Assembly: GCA_964291285.2 (NCBI GenBank)
Contig: OZ219785.1
Coordinates: 608,001 to 672,000 of the forward strand
Reading direction: 5' to 3'
Source: Alphaproteobacteria bacterium
GTDB lineage: Bacteria; Pseudomonadota; Alphaproteobacteria; Bin95
Length of the DNA stretch: 64,000 bases
Shown: positions 61,707-64,000 of the stretch, piece by piece
How positions within the stretch are numbered: position 1 is the stretch's first letter
How the letters are laid out: every line of letters starts with the position of its first letter
Notes under the pieces: model-generated
Databases searched by the model: none
The model's input: only the letters and a program-made list of their open reading frames with translations
What the model was told of the DNA's origin: nothing
Program-made: the position numbers and the translations under genes

Positions 61707-62609
61707 TCAAGCAGCGTGGGACGAAGACCCTCCGGGGGCGGGAACGGGGCGCCCCGTCCCGTGGAAAGCGGGGGCGGCGAAGGCGAGGCGGCGGGCCATG
61801 ACGCGGATGGCTTCCGGGTTGCTGTCCACCAGCACGGCATGCCGGCCGTTGCGGACCGCCGCTTCGCCCGTCGTACCGCTGCCGGCGAAGAAATCGAGCA
61901 CCCGGTCTCCCGGATCGGAATGCACGCGCACGATGCGGTTGAGGATCGCGATCGGCTTCTGCGTGGGGTAGCCGGTCTTCTCCTTCCCGTTCGGGCTCAC
62001 GATGGTCTGCCACCACACGTCGGTCGGCGTCTTGCCGCGCGCCGCCTTCTCCGGCCCCACAAGACCGGGGGCCATGTAGGGGATGCGGTCGATGTCGTCA
62101 TGGCGGTAGGTATAGTTGTCCGGGTCCTTCGCATACCAGAGGATGTTGTCGTGCTTGGCGGACCAGCGCCGTTTCGACCGCGCGCCGTAGTCGTAGGCCC
62201 AGACGATCTCGTTGATGAAGCACTCGCGCCCGAAGATTTCGTCCAGCAGCACCTTGCAATAATGCGATTCCCGGTAGTCGATATGGAGGAAGAACGAACC
62301 CTTGGGCGCGAGCAGGCGGTGCGCCTCCCGCAGCCGGGGTTCTATGAACGCCAAGTAGTCGTCGAAGGCGTCGTTCCAGGAGGAGGCGCCGAGGCGGACC
62401 GTGCGGTAGCGCCTGCCCTGGAAGCCCGTCCGGTCGCCCTCATCGTCGCGGATCGTGCGGAGCCGCGTGCGGGCCTGCGCCTTGCCGGTGTTGAAAGGCG
62501 GGTCGATATAGATGAGGTCGAAGCTGCCGTCCCCGAAGCGGGAGAGCACCTCCAGATTGTCGCCCAGATGGATTTCGAGCTTCGGCGAGGGGCTCTGCGG
62601 GGCCGTCAT
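61707..62609 (-). CDS. Orphan site-specific DNA methyltransferase (N6/N4, beta class)
   Basis: YIDPPFNT precedes YPTQKP and LDFFAGSGTT; no adjacent restriction nuclease. Confidence 0.9.
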   Translation of the reverse strand: MTAPQSPSPKLEIHLGDNLEVLSRFGDGSFDLIYIDPPFNTGKAQARTRLRTIRDDEGDRTGFQGRRYRTVRLGASSWNDAFDDYLAFIEPRLREAHRLLAPKGSFFLHIDYRESHYCKVLLDEIFGRECFINEIVWAYDYGARSKRRWSAKHDNILWYAKDPDNYTYRHDDIDRIPYMAPGLVGPEKAARGKTPTDVWWQTIVSPNGKEKTGYPTQKPIAILNRIVRVHSDPGDRVLDFFAGSGTTGEAAVRNGRHAVLVDSNPEAIRVMARRLAFAAPAFHGTGRPVPAPGGSSSHAA

Positions 62610-64000
62610 GCCGCGCGGGCCAGCCGGCCGGGCAGCGCGCCGGTCGCCTCGCCCTCCTCGAAGGTGACCTCGCCGGCGCAGACGGTCGCCCGGTAGCCCT
62701 CGGCCCGCTGCACCAGCCGGCGCCCGCCGGCCGGCAGGTCGTGGACCATGACCGGCGGGCGGATCCGCAGCCGGTCGAAGTCGATGACGTTGATGTCCGC
62801 GCGCAGCCCCGGCTCCAGCCGCCCCCGGTCGGAGAAGCCGTAGAGCGCGGCGGTGTCCGCCGTCTGCGCCTTCACCAGCCAGGGCAGCGGGAAGCCCGGC
62901 CCCCGATGCCTGTCCCGGCCCCAGTGGGTCAGCACATAGGTCGGGATGCTGGCGTCGGAGATCAGCCCGCAATGCGCGCCGCCGTCGCCGAGGCCGAGCA
63001 CGGTGCGCGGATGGTCCATCATCCGGCGGATGTCCCGGTGGTCGAGGCGGCTGTAGTTCACGAAGGGGAAGAAGATCAGCTCCCGCCCCTCGCGCTCCAG
63101 CATCCGGTCCAGCACCAGTTCGCGCGGGTCGCAGCCCTTCCGCTCCGCCTCGGCCAGCACCGAGCTTTCCGGCGCGGGCTCGTAGTCGGGCGGGTCGCCG
63201 AGGGTGAACATCTTGTGGAAGCCGCCGATCACGTCCTGCATCAGCCGGCTGCGGTGGTTGCGCCGCTGGCCGAGCAGCTTCGCGCGGAAGTCCGGCCGGC
63301 GGAGGATCGCCACCCGCTCCGCCAGCGGCAGATGCGCGATCTCCCGGTATGCGGGCATGGTCGAGAAGGGATGCAGCGAAGCGGAGAGGCCGAGCATCAG
63401 CCCGACCGGCCGCGCCGCCACCTGCGCGTGCAGCGCCACGCCGTCGGCGGCGGCTTCCTCCAGATAGCCGAGCACGCTCGCCCACTGGTCCGGGCGCTCG
63501 TCGCGCTGTACCACGGTGAGCCAGGCGCGCCCGTTCGCACGCTCCGCCATGCGGCGCAGCAGGCCGAGTTCGTAGGCCTCCTCGTCGAGGTCGGAAATCC
63601 AGCCGATGGTACGCCCCCCGACCGCGCCGACCGCATCCGCCAGCCCCAGCAATTCGCGTTCCTCGGCGAAGGCGCCCGGCACCCGGTCGCCGTCGGCGGT
63701 CAGGTGCGCGATGGTGCGGGTGGTGGTGAAGCCGCGCGCGCCCTCCTCCAGCGCCTCCCGGACGACATCGGCCATGAGGCGGACATCGTCTTCCGTCGCC
63801 GGCTCGTTGGCGATGCCGCGTTCGCCCATCGCATAGGCCCGGACCGCGCAATGCGGCACCTGCGCGGCGACGTCGATGGCGCGCGGGCGCGTCTCCAGCG
63901 CATCGAGATATTCGGGGAAGCTCTCCCAGTCCCAGGTGAGACCTTCGGAGAGGGCGGCGCCCGGAATGTCCTCCACGCCCTCCATCATGCGGATCAGCGC
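62606..64000 (-). CDS. N-acyl-D-amino-acid deacylase family amidohydrolase (5' part outside window)
   Basis: [33 protein letters not shown]. Confidence 0.88.
   Translation of the reverse strand, partial: ALIRMMEGVEDIPGAALSEGLTWDWESFPEYLDALETRPRAIDVAAQVPHCAVRAYAMGERGIANEPATEDDVRLMADVVREALEEGARGFTTTRTIAHLTADGDRVPGAFAEERELLGLADAVGAVGGRTIGWISDLDEEAYELGLLRRMAERANGRAWLTVVQRDERPDQWASVLGYLEEAAADGVALHAQVAARPVGLMLGLSASLHPFSTMPAYREIAHLPLAERVAILRRPDFRAKLLGQRRNHRSRLMQDVIGGFHKMFTLGDPPDYEPAPESSVLAEAERKGCDPRELVLDRMLEREGRELIFFPFVNYSRLDHRDIRRMMDHPRTVLGLGDGGAHCGLISDASIPTYVLTHWGRDRHRGPGFPLPWLVKAQTADTAALYGFSDRGRLEPGLRADINVIDFDRLRIRPPVMVHDLPAGGRRLVQRAEGYRATVCAGEVTFEEGEATGALPGRLARAA

Noticed and set aside
61707-62609. 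Restriction-modification system
   Set aside because: No cognate endonuclease or Res subunit nearby; overlaps the deacylase gene like an orphan MTase

Overview
High-GC alphaproteobacterial chromosome segment, probably origin-proximal. It carries the mnmG-rsmG(parS)-parA-parB cluster, mipZ, and dnaN-recF-gyrB without dnaA. FN3 autotransporter, Slam, PhyH/TauD enzymes, a catabolic reductive dehalogenase and many IS/REP elements are consistent with a host-associated marine (possibly sponge) Rhodospirillales-like organism, which is inference only. Four accessory blocks interrupt the core genes. (1) A lower-GC TRAP operon bracketed by inverted copies of a small MITE-like repeat and IS630/IS701 relics (3.3-8.3 kb). 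(2) A low-GC island bounded by a duplicated pdxH 3' end, encoding a MinD/ParA ATPase-transmembrane-PPC fusion (27.4-31.1 kb). (3) An intact IS621-like IS110 element whose bridge-RNA guide loops can be matched by eye to its donor junction and target, inserted in a non-coding unit ending in helically phased CATGACA arrays before tRNA-Gly (32.0-33.8 kb). (4) A ~10 kb nested IS pile-up holding an enlarged IS21 element with Zn-finger and degenerate DUF3991/Toprim cargo, plus a truncated GIY-YIG-like + DGQHR module (38.4-48.1 kb). Also notable are a 1299-aa MotB/OmpA protein with a repeat-expanded coiled coil and a coiled-coil protein with a putative RelE-like C-terminus. All family assignments are from motif recognition, not database searches.
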